Origin: the human T2T-CHM13v2.0 reference genome, Homo sapiens
Direction: 5' to 3' (one strand)
Assembly (NCBI RefSeq): GCF_009914755.1
Contig: NC_060937.1
DNA length: 64,000 bases
Positions 25,320-40,030 of the stretch are shown piece after piece. The notes beneath the pieces are model-generated. The model was not told where the DNA came from and ran no database searches. It saw nothing but the letters and a program-made list of their open reading frames with translations. The position numbers and the translations under genes were made by a program. Each line of letters starts with the position of its first letter. The stretch's first letter is position 1.

Positions 25320-25862
25320 TCCATATTTCTACTGCTGCAGTACAAATTACCACAAACCAGGTGGCTGAAAATACCATAAATTTATTCCCTACTTTTTGTA
25401 GGTCAGAAGTCTGATAAGGATCTAGACTAAAATCAAGGGGTTCGCAGAATTGTGTTTCTTTCTGGAGGCTTTAGGGGAGAATCTATTTCCTGTTCATTTG
25501 GGTCGTTGACAGCATTCCATTCCTTATGGCTATTAGATAAGGGTCATTCCCAGCCTTTAGAGACCACTTACATTTCTTGGCTTGTGGTCCCTTTCTTCCA
25601 CCTTCAAAGCAGCAAGTACTTTCTTCTTCAGTCTCTTTGCTCTATCCCTGTTGGTAAAAGTTTTTTTTTTCTTTATCACAGAATACTGTGATAGAGTGTA
25701 CCTCTGTGGATAACCAGGGTTAATCTCACCATCTCAAGGTCTGTAACCTTAATTACATCTGCTGTTTGTTTGTTTGTTTTTTGGCTATGGAAGGTAACTT
25801 GGTCACAGGTTCAGGTGACTGGGACATGGACACCTTTAGAGGGACATTATTCTGGTTGCCAT
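25320..25862 (-). mobile_element. MLT1D-like MaLR LTR
   Basis: aaattaccacaaac...gtaggtcagaagtctg...ctggaggctttaggggagaatc...ccttaattacatctgc...ggacattattctg. Confidence 0.85.
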
Positions 25863-26249
25863 ATCTGCTAAAATGCCAACCCAGAATTAGTCAACAAAAG
25901 AGTAAGAAAGGAAACAGATATAACTGAGACAAAATTTAGGAGGAGGCCTTGAAAATTGCCTACATCACTGCAAATCTGAAGGGCTCACACAACATTATGA
26001 TGGGTGGATATGTGAAGAAATCCCCAGATATCTGCTTCAGAGACCAAAGACTGGCAGAGCCACCTCTATTTATATCCTACTGATCTCCTAGCTTCCCCTC
26101 CTTTAGAGGATCTAAAAGCTAAAAACTCAATGTTCAGATTATAGTACCCAGAATTCTAAATTTTTATCAGCTTCTATCTTAGTATTCCAGTAAGTATCAT
26201 TTTTGATCACTTATATACAAATGCTTTGACTGATTGTTAATTATATAGG

Positions 26250-26362
26250 TCACTGGGACTCTTCCCACCTGTTGAATGAGAACTTGGGGAATACTGCCTG
26301 GTAAATTTTTAGGAAGATTCCAAAGTGATTTTTGTTCACAAAATTTGAAAACTGCTGCTATA
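26250..26362. mobile_element. MER5-like hAT-Charlie fragment
   Basis: gtgatttttgttcacaaaatttgaaaactgctgc terminal motif. Confidence 0.45.
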
Positions 26363-26417
26363 TAGAGGTGACTTTAGAAGTCAGGTTTTTTGAGAAGCCT
26401 TTAAAAGGCATTGGACA

Positions 26418-29050
26418 TAAAGGTCATATATGATAAACTCACAGCTAACATCATGCTGAATGGGGAACAGCTGAAAGCTTTTTTTCTAAGATCTGGAACA
26501 AGACAAATATGCCACTCTTGCCTTCTATTCAATCTGTACTAAAAGTCCTAGCCAGAGAAATTAGTCAAGATAAAAAAATAGAAGACATCCAAATTGGAAA
26601 AGATAAAATTAAATTGTGTCTGCAGACAACATAATTTTATATTTAAAAAACCATTAAAATCTCATCAAATATAATTAGAACTAAAAAACAAATTCAATAA
26701 AATTGCAGGACATAGAATCATGTATGCAAAACATACAAAAATCTATACTGTTTCTCTACACTAACAACAATCTGAAAATAAAATCAAGCAACGATCCCAA
26801 TTACAATAGCTACAAATAAAAAAAGAAATAAATTTATCCAAGGAGATGGTTGCTACACTGAAAACTATAAAATATTGAAAATAAATAGAAGAGTCAAATA
26901 AATAAAAAGATATCCCATCTTCATGGCTCGTAAGAATCAACATTCCAAAACATCCATACTACCTGCTGTGATTTAAATGTGTCCCCCAAAGTTCAGGTGT
27001 TGGAAAATTAATCTCCTGTAGATCAGTGTTAAGAGGTTCAGATGATTGGGAGATGGACACCTTCAAGAATGAATTAAATCTGTTGTCAAAAAAGTAGATT
27101 AGTATTGTGGGAGTGGGTTTCTGATGAAAGGATGAGTTCAGGCCCTTCCATCCTTCTCTCTCATGCTTTCTCACCATGTGATGCCTTTCATCATGGGATA
27201 ATATGGCAAGATTGCTCTTGCCAGATACTGGCACTTTTATATTTGGCTTCCTAGCCTCTAGAACTATGAGAAACAAATTTATTTTCTTTTTAAATTACCT
27301 AGAATGTGGCATTCTGTTATAGCTACTCAAAGGAATCTGCAAAGTTAATGCAATCCTTATCAATATTTCAATATCATTTTTTAAAAAATAGAAAAAACAA
27401 CTCTAAAATGTATACGGAACCACAAAAAATTCCAAGTAACCAAAGCAATCTTAAATAGAAAGAACAAGGCTGGAGACACCACATTCCCTGATTTCAAAGC
27501 ATTTTATGAAGTGATTTTAATCAAAACAGCATGGTACTGGCATAAAAGCAGACAAACCAATGGAATCGAATAAAAAGCACAGAAATAAATTCATTCCTTT
27601 ACAGCCAATTTATTTTTGACAAAGGTGCCAAAATAGGAAAAAGACAATCTCCTTAATAAATGGTGTTGGAACAACTAAATATCCACATGCAGAAGAATAA
27701 TATTATACCCTTATCTTACACCACAACCAACTCAAAATGGATTAAAGACTTAAATGTAAGACCGGAACCTGTAAAACCACTTGAAGAAAACACAGGGAAT
27801 AGGCTCCATGACATAGATCTGGGCAATGATTTTTTGGATAATGCCAAAAGCAGGGGCAACAAAAGCAAAAAATAGACAAATGGAATTACATAGACTAAAA
27901 AGCTTCTGCACAGCAAAGAAAACAACAAAATGGAGACACAGACTGTGGAATGGGGGAAATATTTGCAAATCACATATCTGTTAAGGAGTTAATTAATGTC
28001 CAAAATATATAAGGAATTCAAAAAACTCAATAGTAATATAACAACCCAATTAAAAACATGAACAAAGTTCCTGAATAGACATTCTCAGAAGAAGACATAC
28101 AAATGGCCAAAAGGTATGTCAAAAAAATGTTCAACATCACTAATCCAAGAAATGCAAATTAAAATCACAATGAGTTATCACTTTATGCTTGTTAGAATGG
28201 CTATTATCATAAAGACAAAAAAAAAGTGTTGGCAAGGATGTAGAGAAAGGGAAGCCTTGCACACTGTGGATGGGAATATAAATTAGTACAGCCATTATAG
28301 AAAATAGCAAGGAGGAGCCTCAAAAATATTAAAATTTAACTACTATGTTATCCAGCAATCCCACTACTGGGTGTTTACTCAAAGAAAATGAAATCAGCAT
28401 GTCAAAGAGATATCTGCACTTTCATAATTATTGAAGCATTACTCATAATAGCTATGATATGAAATCAACCTGTGTGCACGAGTAATGGATAAAGAAAATA
28501 TGGAATATATACGCAATGAAATACTGTTCATCCTTAAAAAAGAAGGAAATCCCGTCATTTGTACCAAATTGGATGAACCTGGAGAACTTTGTATTAAGTG
28601 AAATAAGCTAGGCAGAGAAAGACAAGTACCCCATTATCTCTGTGAAACTAAAAGTTGAACTCAGGGAAGCAGAGAGAGTGGAATGGGGGTTACCAGGAAC
28701 TGGGGGTTCAGGAGCTTGGGGAGTTGTTGGTTAAAGGATATAAAATTTCACCTACATAGGTGAAGTTCAAGAGGTCTATTGTACACCATGGTGATGATAG
28801 TTAATAATAATGTATTACACTATTGAAAGCTGCTAAGAGCTTAGATTTTAAATGTTCTTGCCACACACCAAAAAATCAATATGAGGTAATACATATTACC
28901 TCATGTTAATTAGCCCAACTTAGCCATTCAACAACATGTGCATATTACAAGACAGTATGTGGTATATGACATATATATTTTTTAAATAAAAAATTAATTT
29001 GTTGATTAATTCATTAAAAATTAAAATTAAAAATAAAAATTTTTAAAGTC
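26418..29050 (+). mobile_element. 5'-truncated L1MA element (ORF2 3' half plus 3' UTR) interrupted by an MST LTR
   Basis: cacagctaacatcatgctgaatggggaacagctgaaagc...; ORF 27660-27875 contains [23 protein letters not shown]; A-rich tail at ~28985-29050. Confidence 0.92.
26964..27335 (+). mobile_element. MST-type MaLR LTR
   Basis: tgctgtgatttaaatgtgtcccccaaagttca...ttcctagcctctagaactatgagaaacaaattt...attctgttatagc. Confidence 0.88.
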
Positions 29051-30659
29051 ATTAAATAAAACAGATCAGGAGAAAGAAAGAACATATAGAAGATAAATAT
29101 ACAGTTAAATTTAGTAATTATCTTTCCTTTTTTTAGTTCAGTCTCTAAAAGACAAAGACAAACAAAAACTAACAAAGAACTTCAACTATTTCTTCTTACC
29201 TTATTGCTATTACTGAACATTTTATTTTTAGAAATTAGGTAGAACTAGTCTACCATAGACTAAGATATTTTATATATATACTCTTACATTTTATTAATGA
29301 AGAAAAGTGAAATGATTACTAATCATTTTTAATTTGTTCTTTTGAATTAAAAATCTCTTTGTATTCATTTGGAGCAATTATTAAAACTGTATTTGAACAT
29401 CTAGGGAGAATATAACACTTCAATTTTTGTATTAATCCAATACTGTTGCTTTCTGATCTGAAATGAAGAATTTAAGAAGTCTGTGGTAAGAACCATTATT
29501 TCTATTCACATTATTTTAAATCATACCAAAGTTATGATTTCATATTTTATATCTTTGTAGAGTAAGAAATTATGCACATAAAGATGTTTTCAAATAACTT
29601 TTGACTTCCATGAATCTCTTAAATAATGAATGGTTATAACTAAAATCCTACTTTAGAAACAACAGTATTTTACAACTATCAAATGTCAGAAGACCTTATT
29701 CTTCAAATGTAAATAAAACCAAAGTATATTGAATTATTAGATTTGCAGAAGCAAAATGAGTAAATTTAGGTACCTGACAATTAGCTTACTCATTTTTGTT
29801 TCACCTTCCAAAACGAACAGAGAATAATTTTAAGGACATTAAAAAGCAGCAGCAAATTTCCAATACCCTTTTTCTATGCCAATGGTAAAAGAAAAATTCT
29901 AATTAATTCAATCTTACTGTGGAAGCATCACAGAGATTCTGAACAACGTGTTAATAAACAAATGTCTAGCCTTGTAAAAAGTGTCAATGTGATCTATATA
30001 TACACACATAGCAGGGACAAGAAAACTGTGAGGAAGGCCACAAACCTGGCAGTCACCCTGTAAATCACTCCTGCTTCATTCTGCAGATGATAATAGGACT
30101 GAAATGAATGAGTCGTAGCCAAACTCAGGAAGGTTTGTGAAGGAAAGATACAAATCAAACTGTATATCCTAATGATATCAGAGATAGTATGAAACCTGTA
30201 AATTTAACTTCAAACTTGGAACCAATAGTAAATATAAAAATTACAGGTTTCTAGGGGCAGGGGATGAAAAAAAGGGTCAGTATAATCAGAAAATGTTCTA
30301 TGTCAAATGTAGCCATTTTAAAACTTCACAATTTAAAACTTGTTGATGTGTTTGGGTAAGGGTTGATATTCAAGTAAATTTGTACAAATGCCAGATCGAA
30401 TAAAGACTTGATTAATCTTGGTAATAACATGATGATTTTCCTTACTCACTGGATAAGTAAAATGCATATCAATTTTGCCTAGTAAAAAAAAAGTTACTGA
30501 AATTTCCAGCTCACAAGTTATTGAAAACTTCTTTGACTTGACCTATATGTATGACCAGAAAGCATGAACTACAGGAATTAGGATACCATGTGAAAACTAG
30601 GAATTCTGAAGAAAAAAGTGGATGTAAGTCTGAAGCCCTCCACAGACCCACAGGGATAG

Positions 30660-30790
30660 TAAGTGGTTTCTGCAACTATCTTCTCAGCCTGGGGAATTCA
30701 AGACTATAGATACAGATCAGGGATCTACATTTTTAATAGCCAGCATAGTGAACTGAGTCTTCGAGTCTAATGTAGAGAACTTCTGGTCTT
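30660..30790. mobile_element. MER5-like fragment
   Basis: agtggtttc start; atctacatttttaatagc...agagaacttctggtct end. Confidence 0.4.
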
Positions 30791-30884
30791 AATGGTGGGC
30801 TTCGTTAATAAACCTAGTTCTTTGTCCCTATGCATGGACATATGACACCTAGTCGAATACCTAAAAGGTACAATTTTAGGTATT

Positions 30885-31030
30885 ATGAAAAAAAAGGAGT
30901 CAGAAGGCTCATGTTTCAATATCTGCTCAAGTACTTATGAGGCTATGATTTTGAGCACATCACTATTTTCTCATGGTTTAGATTCTTACCTATAACTGCA
31001 AATGGAACTGTTACGTCAACCTCGTTGGAG
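30885..31030 (+). mobile_element. MIR fragment
   Basis: ggagtcagaaggctcatgtttcaatatctgctc...ctatgattttgagcacatcact. Confidence 0.55.
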
Positions 31031-31039
31031 AGAATACTT

Positions 31040-31534
31040 TTGTTGCTCTACCCAGGTATTTTCAGATCCACTGTAGCATCACTGGTTTCCTTCTGGGAAC
31101 TTTGCTATTCTTTTGCTTTTGCTTCCAATAACCCACAGCTGGAACTGTTTAGTGTGCTGACATTGGTCTGTTAGAACCCAATAGCCAGAATTGCTTAGGG
31201 GATAATAGTTTATCCCCCTCCATGCACAATCCTGGCAGTCCTGGGCCAGGAATTGATGGGTTAGTTATAGGAAAGGCCAGCTCACTAGTTTGTTTGAGAC
31301 AGCCAGTGAATCATAATTTACACTCTGGAGTTTCCCTGACATATCAGGCTGAAGTTACACTCTGTGAGATTTGGCCTCAGATTGCACTCTTGTCTTCTTC
31401 CTACATTTCTTCTCCACCTCTGTCCTGCTTCCACCACTCCTTCACTGGATATGCCTAGGAACACTTCCCTAATAAACCATTTGCCCAGGAATCCTTGCCT
31501 TAGGGTCTGCTTTGAGGGAACACAACCTAAGACA
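31040..31534 (+). mobile_element. LTR16-type ERVL LTR
   Basis: ctctggagtttccctg...cacttccctaataaaccatttgc...gggtctgctttgagggaacacaacctaagaca. Confidence 0.8.
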
Positions 31535-32014
31535 CAACACAAAGTCTTAAAATAATTATATTTAAACATAGACTTAATTAGGATTAGATGTGCCTCTAAC
31601 TCTAAAACTCTATATGTGCTACTATTTTCAGATAAAAAAAGAAACGTATGGTTTTATACTATCTCTCAGAAAACTGAGTAATATAATTTTACTGGCATTT
31701 GTTGTTTGTGTTTGGAACTTTCATGAGTTCTTTACTGTTTTAAAGATACATGAAAACCCTTAAAATTTAAGGCACAATAGCATTGATAATTACAGTGATA
31801 ATTATGTATTCAACAAATATAAGGGTGATTCTGGCTATAAAAGATACGTAGCGAAAACCTATTAGGGCAGAGTTTTAAAAAAATCTAATTTAGGTTGACA
31901 TGTCAGTCAAAGCTCTCCTATAAAGTTATATTTAAGTTGAGACTTGAAGGAATTGTCAAACCGAAAGGGTTGGGATCCAGGAAAGAGATTAAACTCATCC
32001 AACTAGTGAACTGA

Positions 32015-32249
<235 letters not shown>

Positions 32250-34363
32250 TTCCTAAGATTGAAAGGAACTTGGTCAATACAGAAAATGAAAAAGTAGTCA
32301 GTGTATTCAGTGAATACAAAAAAATGTATTTCTACCTTAACTATGTCTCCTCTTTCTTGATTGTTTTTCTTCTTAGATTCTAGTGAAATAGTGCAATGGT
32401 TATGCACTTAAGTTCAGTTAGTACACTATGACTCCAAGTTTTCTAATCCATGCAGTGGTGGGAGTCAGAATGCAATGATGCATGTGATTATGTATTGTCT
32501 AATTTTATGAGTCTGTTAGAACTTTCTCTAATAATTTTTACTATAGTTTATAAAACAATCTAATAGAAATATGTAAATAAAGCAAGAGTCATGTGAATAT
32601 TATAAAAAACTTTTATATTTCAGCAAGCCACCATCATAAACATGAATTTTTAAAAAGCAAAAAGCTATTACCATTTAGCTGTTACCCAGAATAATAATTA
32701 TGCTTTAAGGAAAACACCAAGTCTGTTCATTTGTCCAATATATACAATTCTGAGAATATATGGACAACAAACATTATATAAAACCACATATTCTCCAAGA
32801 ATTATAATAAAGATAGATATATATATATATAACATTTACAAGTTCACACAATAATGAAAATAAGAGCCCAATAATGTCTCACAACATTGGATTTGGTTGT
32901 GTATAGGTACTAAATAATAAATTTTGCTTATTCAAAAAAGGAAAATGAATATTAATTTTTTAAATAACATTAAAATCTTTTCACTTACAGAAATTAGCTT
33001 ATTTCAAAAAAATGCTTATGATACCATATTCCCTCCTTTTGCATTGTCCAGACATATACTTTTTAAAGTTTTATTCAAAATCCCATTAAGGATACAGAGC
33101 CTGAAATATGCTGGTTCTTGCTCCTACAAGTCTCTTTCGTTTTACTTTGATTTTTGTTTATACATTTCTTTCTAAAAACCCCACACTGGCCAGTTTGGAT
33201 TTGGTGGAAAAATGGATAAAGTTTTTGAAAATGGTCAATGTAAATCTATATACATGCTATGCCTTGCCCTAGTCAATAAAAACAATACAGATTGTCTTGA
33301 GCCCCACTCCTCACCCTAGTATTTGATTTTTGAAATTTAAGTAGACCTTCCAGTTTTCTTAACATTTTTGAGTCAAGTAAACAAGAAGGCAAATGTTTTT
33401 GAGGTGGTAGATCAGGTGAAAGGTCCCTCCAAACTCTGCACATAAACAGCAGTTCTTAGCAAATATTTGCAAACTGTGACTGAGTTTACAAAGGTGAGAG
33501 GGAGAAAAAAGCTAACCTTCAGAGGAAAGCATGGTTATAACCATAAATTTAAAAATTATTTGTTCTCAGGGACAATGCCTTCTAAAATTTACCACATGAC
33601 ATTTATCCCTTTAACTACCCTCCTCAATCTGACTGGCTTCTAAGGAGACCAAATTTATGTGGCTTCATGCAAGGCCTTTTAAAAATAAATCTAAAAAATA
33701 GAGTAGTGTATAAATTGCATAGGGAATGCCGGCCCTGAAGAGTGATCAGTGCCTGAAAGGATGGAATAATGAAGGGCATGAAGGCTCAATTTTGACATAA
33801 CCTCAGTGTCACGACTCACTTCCATCTTTCATCTTTCAAATACCTCATTTATATGTCAAATTATAGCTAATGAAGTAGTATATGAAATAATAATTATCTC
33901 AGTGGTCATTATTAATGCTCAATGAGTCTACATATCTCAAGTCACTTGCAACCGTAATTATCCCATTCTTTAAGGTGCTGACTCTCTCAATAGTTAATCC
34001 AGAAGTAGCTTGCTATTTAACAACCTACTTTAGGAGACCCTTACTACATTTTAGTCTCAAATACAGTAAAAATCTACTAGGGACAGCTTATGTGACTTCT
34101 ATAATTTAAGGAGTTATTTTTGTACAAAAGTATTAGAAACATTTTTCTTTAAAATAAAAATTAATGCATTCATGACATAAAAAATGACTCCCTTCCTTCT
34201 ACATTTACCACATTTTATCACATAATATCCAAACTAAAATTCTAAAACTTTTAATTGCTAGGCTGCAATAGAGCAAAACGAGAACAGTACATGCTTAGAA
34301 GCAACATCTTTAGCACATGTAAATACACATATGTATATTTTCTCAATAAAACTCCATAGATAC

Positions 34364-34435
34364 TGTATTAGTCCACTCTCACACTGCTATAAAGAACTGC
34401 ATGAGACTGGATAATTTATAAAGAAAAGAGGTTTA
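34364..34435 (-). mobile_element. THE1/MSTA LTR 3' terminal fragment
   Basis: tgtattagtccactctcacactgctataaagaactgcatgagactggataatttataaagaaaagaggttta. Confidence 0.85.
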
Positions 34436-34514
34436 CACGCGTGTAATCCCAGCACTTTGGGTGGTCAAGGCAGTCAGATCACGAGGTCAGGAGATCAAGA
34501 CCATCCTGGCTAAC
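34436..34514 (+). mobile_element. AluY-like left-arm internal fragment
   Basis: tgtaatcccagcactttggg...gatcacgaggtcaggagatcaagaccatcctggctaac; no tail or TSD. Confidence 0.85.
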
Positions 34515-35069
34515 TTAGAAAATATAGGATAGTTAGAAATGAATATGTTATTATATTTTATGGGTTTTAGAGTAATCAGGAACATAAAAATAGTCCTCTG
34601 GAGCTCCAAGAAATAAAACTGCTTTTGACAGAACATTGTGTAACAATTCTATAACCTTTGCTAGAGAATAACAGAGATTTTGTAGCATAAGAGGGATTAC
34701 GTTGTCTCACGAATGAGCTATTCCTAAACAATTTTTCAAAATATAGTATCAAAATAACCACCTCTTTGAACTTACAGGCTTATTTTCCTAAGCTTATTTT
34801 TCTGACATATTTTTGAAGCCAGTATTAGAAGGCATGTAATTATCCTGTCATATTTTGTTTTCTGTATATATTTTCTTAGAATTCTACCCACAGGTCTTCA
34901 AAACTTTGGGGGAAAACACTCTAAGTATCTAGTATTTGCATCTTCCCTTCAGCAACAAGAAAACATGGCAGAAAATACATAGGTTTTAGAACAATGGCAA
35001 TAACAATAATACCTAAACTCAGGAGGCAGTTGGTTTCTGCAGAATGTTAAAAAGTTGGTTTATATTACT

Positions 35070-35240
35070 TCACGTTTGCATGGGACTTAACAGTATGTGC
35101 AAACAGTATGTGCAAACATATTATCTCATTTAATCCTTACATCAACTGAATGGCATATTTAATATTACTTTCTTCTATTTAATTTAAAAGAAAACTGAAC
35201 TTCACATTAATTAAGCATATTAACCTAGGTCGTCATAATA
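35070..35240 (-). mobile_element. MIR fragment
   Basis: catattatctcattttaatccttaca...aagaaaactgaac. Confidence 0.55.
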
Positions 35241-35361
35241 TGTTCTTAAGTTTAAAAAAAAGTAGCTCACCCTCTGCTGCTTAAATTTGCATCCAGCTTT
35301 AGCAAACTATTATAAGCATCTGAAGATACGTCTTTTCATAGTAGTTAACATGTCAGTACAA

Positions 35362-36232
<871 letters not shown>

Positions 36233-37344
36233 TAATAAAATTTTAAAAAGAAGCATACTTAGATTCACCTTATTATTCACCTACATATATAAACTTATGT
36301 AGGTTTATGCCAAACAAAATGAAGCCTTAGAAATAAAGTGAAGCAATGCCCTTAAATAGCATGTTCCGAATACTTGATTACAAAGTTCTCTCTTCACTAC
36401 ATAGTTCCACTCACTGAAAGAAAACAGCATATCATGCATCTTTAAAGAAGTGTGCTTAGATTTACCTTTTAAACTTGTACATGTAAAGCCATCAAAAGAA
36501 GGACTAAAAAAATTGGTGGTTTTATTTAACATTATTTCACTTTAGTTTTTAATATTTATTTATAGATCATTATTGATTGATTATGTTTACCTGCTATGTT
36601 AGATTATGGCAAAAAAAATCCTATAGATGAATAAAAAACATAAACTTCCTTCATAAGGTCCGTCTAAAGTAAGAGGTGACATAGTAACGTCCAATCACAA
36701 TATAATAAGATAGGTCCTATAAGGTTATGTAGAAGCTAATCATGCCACTCAAGAGTTACCTCCATTGAATTCTACATATCAGAATCAGGAGAAGAGAAAA
36801 AAAAAGCTGGCCATTTTAGAAACACACATTTATAATAAATTTATAAAAGTCACAAAAGTTTAGAAACAGAAGGACCCAGGGGAGGGATACTATGCTTTTT
36901 GGCTGAGATGTCCATGACAGACAGAAAAGAGAGTAAACCCACAGCAGTGGTGATGGTGGATTTGGTGGCAAGAATTATTAATGGACTGTTAAACAAAGGA
37001 GAGCTTAAATAGCTAGAGGTCATGATCAAGCTGATCGGATGTTTTCAATTAAAGTACAGAAGAAGAGAAGAGGGCAGCAGGAGAAATTAAACATTTAAGA
37101 ATTCAAACAATGAGTGTGTTCTGGGTATGAGCATGTAAAGGAGTTGCTTAACAAACTATAAGGTAAATGACTTTGAAATGTAAGTCAAGGGACAATATGC
37201 TAATGTTTGAAAAGGATTAACAGAGTGCTGAGTTCATTAAGATAAATTGTATAATTCAATAAAAATTATGTAATATCTACTATATTCCAGGAAAAAAGAG
37301 ACAATATGTGAAAGAATTAGTGAAATTGAGTCAGATGCATTTTT

Positions 37345-37470
37345 CATGATTCATTTAACAAATACTAGTGAAGAGCCCACTATATGCCAAATACTTACTA
37401 AAACTGGTTATTATGCGGTAAACAATGCAGGCATGGTTTCTATTCCAACAGAGCTTAGAATCTAGCACTG
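37345..37470 (-). mobile_element. L2 3' end fragment
   Basis: ttcatttaacaaatactagtgaagagcccactatatgcca...cagagcttagaatctag. Confidence 0.65.
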
Positions 37471-37502
37471 TAGACACGAGAGTAAAAATTATGTACAAAA
37501 CC

Positions 37503-37905
37503 CTGTATCAGAATAACCTGATTTATGCTGCACTAAAAAACATCTCTAACATTCCATAAGTTTACCCAATACTTTCCTTGTTGATGCTATGTGTCCGATA
37601 GAATTTGAGAGTGAGGTTCTTCTCAACATCGTGGCTCAAGGACCCAGGCTGAGAGAGGCTCCATTTTGTGTTAATGATTCCATGATCACCACAGCAAAGG
37701 GAAAGAACAAGGTAAAACACTGATTGGCTTTTAAAGCTTCATTCAGAAATAACACAATACCTTCCACTGACACTTCATTGCTCAAAACAAGTCATATGAC
37801 CATAACCAACTTCAAACAGGGCCTTCTGTTTGACACAAACTTGCCAGGTTTCAAGAAGTATAATACAGGGGAAATATATGTGAATACTTCTAATGATTAC
37901 TGTAG
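37503..37905 (-). mobile_element. Old MLT1 (K/L-like) LTR
   Basis: ggctcaaggacccaggctga...ttggcttttaaagcttc...cttccactgacacttcattgctcaaaacaagtcatatgacc. Confidence 0.7.
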
Positions 37906-37961
37906 GCCCTGAAGCGGGATGCATGCATACTAGATTAACACAAAGTAAAAAAGGAGTAGTG

Positions 37962-38240
37962 GGCCTGATACAATGGCTTGTTCCTATAATCCCAGCTAAT
38001 CTGGAGGCTGAATTGAAAGGATCACTTGAGATCAGGAGTTTGAGACAAGCATGGGCAACATAGCAAAACATCATGTCTAAGAAATTAAAAACAATTAACC
38101 TGGCATGGAGAAGCATACCTGTAGTCCCAGATACTTGGGAGACTGAGGCCAGGGGATTGCTGAACCCAGAAGTAGAAGGCTGCAGTGAGCTATGATTATG
38201 TCACTGCACTCCAGCTTGGGAAAACAAACAAACAAAAAAC
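37962..38240 (+). mobile_element. AluJ
   Basis: ggatcacttgag...gggcaacatagc...ggctgcagtgagctatgatt (J diagnostics). Confidence 0.92.
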
Positions 38241-38254
38241 CGGAGTACTAGTAG

Positions 38255-39268
38255 CAAGTAGCAAGACCTTATTGTGGCCCCCATGATGGCCCCCATGATT
38301 TCCACCTCCTGGTATTCATGCCTTGTATAAATCCCCTCCCCTTGAGTGTGAGTGGGACCTGTGACTTGCTTCTAACCAAATAATATTACAAAGATGATGA
38401 TTATCTTTGTCTGCTTGGCCTGTTATAACAAAATACTATAAATGGAGTTGCTTAAGTTATATAAATTTATTTTTTACAATTCTGGAGGCTGAAGAGTCCA
38501 GTACAAATTCTGGTGAGGGTTCTTTTCCTGGCTTATAGGCAGCTGACTTTTTACTATATCCTCACATGGTCTTATACCAGCTCATGCACTTGGGGTAGGA
38601 TGGCAGGGGTGGGAGAAAGGGAGAGAAAAGAGAAAAAGAACATGCAAGGGTGGGAGAGAGCACTTTCTGGTATCTGTTCTTACAAAAACATTAATCCTAT
38701 TGCATTAGTTTCCACTCTTTTGCCCTTATTTAACATTAACTATATTCTGAAATGCTCTGTCTCCAAAAATAGCCACACTAGGGGTTGGAATTTCAACACA
38801 CGAATTTGAGGAGGACAAAAACATTCAGTCCATAGCAATGATGGTTGTCACTTTAGTGGTAACGCAACATAGCACTGTAATGCCTCTCTTGCTGAAAGAC
38901 TCCCTTTGTGGCTTTGACAAAGCAAACTGCCATGTTGTTGTGAGCTGGCTTATACAAATGGCCACAGGGCAAGTAACTAAGGGTGATCTCTGGAGAAGAA
39001 AGAAAGTGAGGTTCTCAGTCTGACAAGGAAGTGAGTGTTACCAACAACCACATGTGCTTCGAAGCAGATCTTTCCCCAGGCTAGCATTAGACACAAATGC
39101 AGCTCTGGTCAACACCTTGATTGCAGCACATTGTGATCCTGAAGTAGGAGACTCAGCTAAGCCATGACCAAACTCCAGACTTACAGAAACTGTGAGGCAA
39201 TAAATGTGGGTTGTTTCAAGCCACTTTATTTGTGGTAATGTTGTTACACAGCAATAAGTCCATAATAC
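38255..39268 (+). mobile_element. MLT1E/F-like LTR split by an MLT1A insertion
   Basis: tggcccccatgatttccacctcctggtattcatgcc...cagaaactgtgaggcaataaatgtgggttgtttcaagccact. Confidence 0.85.
38402..38837 (-). mobile_element. MLT1A-like LTR
   Basis: caattctggaggctg...ctggtgagggttc...aaacattcagtccatagca; perfect 5-bp TSD atgat. Confidence 0.85.
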
Positions 39269-39357
39269 AAGTATGGATGATGAAATGATTAATTTTTGAT
39301 AGGGGATTTCATGGAAGCCTTCAAAGATAGGATTAAGCCTAAGCACAATTTCAAGAC

Positions 39358-39795
39358 TGCAGGAATAGAGGTCCCTAGATGTCCTTGGCTCACCCAGCTC
39401 TTCCTTCTCTTGTAATTTTTAGTCACAATGCATTGAAATTGCAACATCTTGAGGTATGGAGGAAATGTCCAGATCAATTTAGGCTATGTTCTTCTTCCTC
39501 CAAGAACAGGATATTCTGTAACATTTCAGCTCAGCAATCCAAATGTCTTCCAGGTTATATAAACCTAGAGTAGAGTGCTTTTGTGGTCCCTCCACTCCCA
39601 TGTGACATGAAGCTCATGCAGAGGAGAGTTCATCCACCCTGGGCAGCTTTACTGAGCCTTAAGGGGATGGAGGGCCATGGATCCTAGAATTCTGATTATT
39701 TTTGTTGCCTATCTGTAAGTAATGAATAATGAATCTGCTTTTCTTGACTTAAGAAAGTGTCTGTCTCACTAGACTGTATCTAAGAACATTTGCAG
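39358..39795 (+). mobile_element. Degraded ERVL LTR related to the 6099-6645 element
   Basis: tgcagg...ccttggctcacccagctc...gcaacatcttgagg...gttgcctatctgtaagtaatgaat. Confidence 0.6.
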
Positions 39796-39799
39796 AAAA

Positions 39800-40030
39800 T
39801 AAGTAGGAAAATGTAAGAAAGCCAAGAACGGAAGGAAAGGGAGTTATAGCAGGCACAGAAGTGTGAAAGTCTAAGTGTGGAAGGAGCTAGAAGTAGTCAA
39901 TATTGCTAGAATAAAATGAATACATACAAGGAAATGAGACAGGAAGTGTAGGCAGAAATCGCCATAGAATTCGTGTGAAAGTGACATGGAAGAATTTGAA
40001 GTAAATGAGTGACTTGATTAGAATGATGAA
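39800..40030 (+). mobile_element. L2 fragment
   Basis: aggcacagaagtgtgaaag...gagacaggaagtgtaggcaga...gagtgacttgattaga. Confidence 0.45.

Noticed and set aside
29753-29796. 11-bp inverted repeat with 22-nt loop as a pre-miRNA or MITE
   Set aside because: AT-rich short stem, expected by chance in 64 kb; too short for a pre-miRNA
32302-32318. Short palindromes (also 36279-36304)
   Set aside because: 8-9 bp arms in unique AT-rich DNA, with no reference showing they are derived
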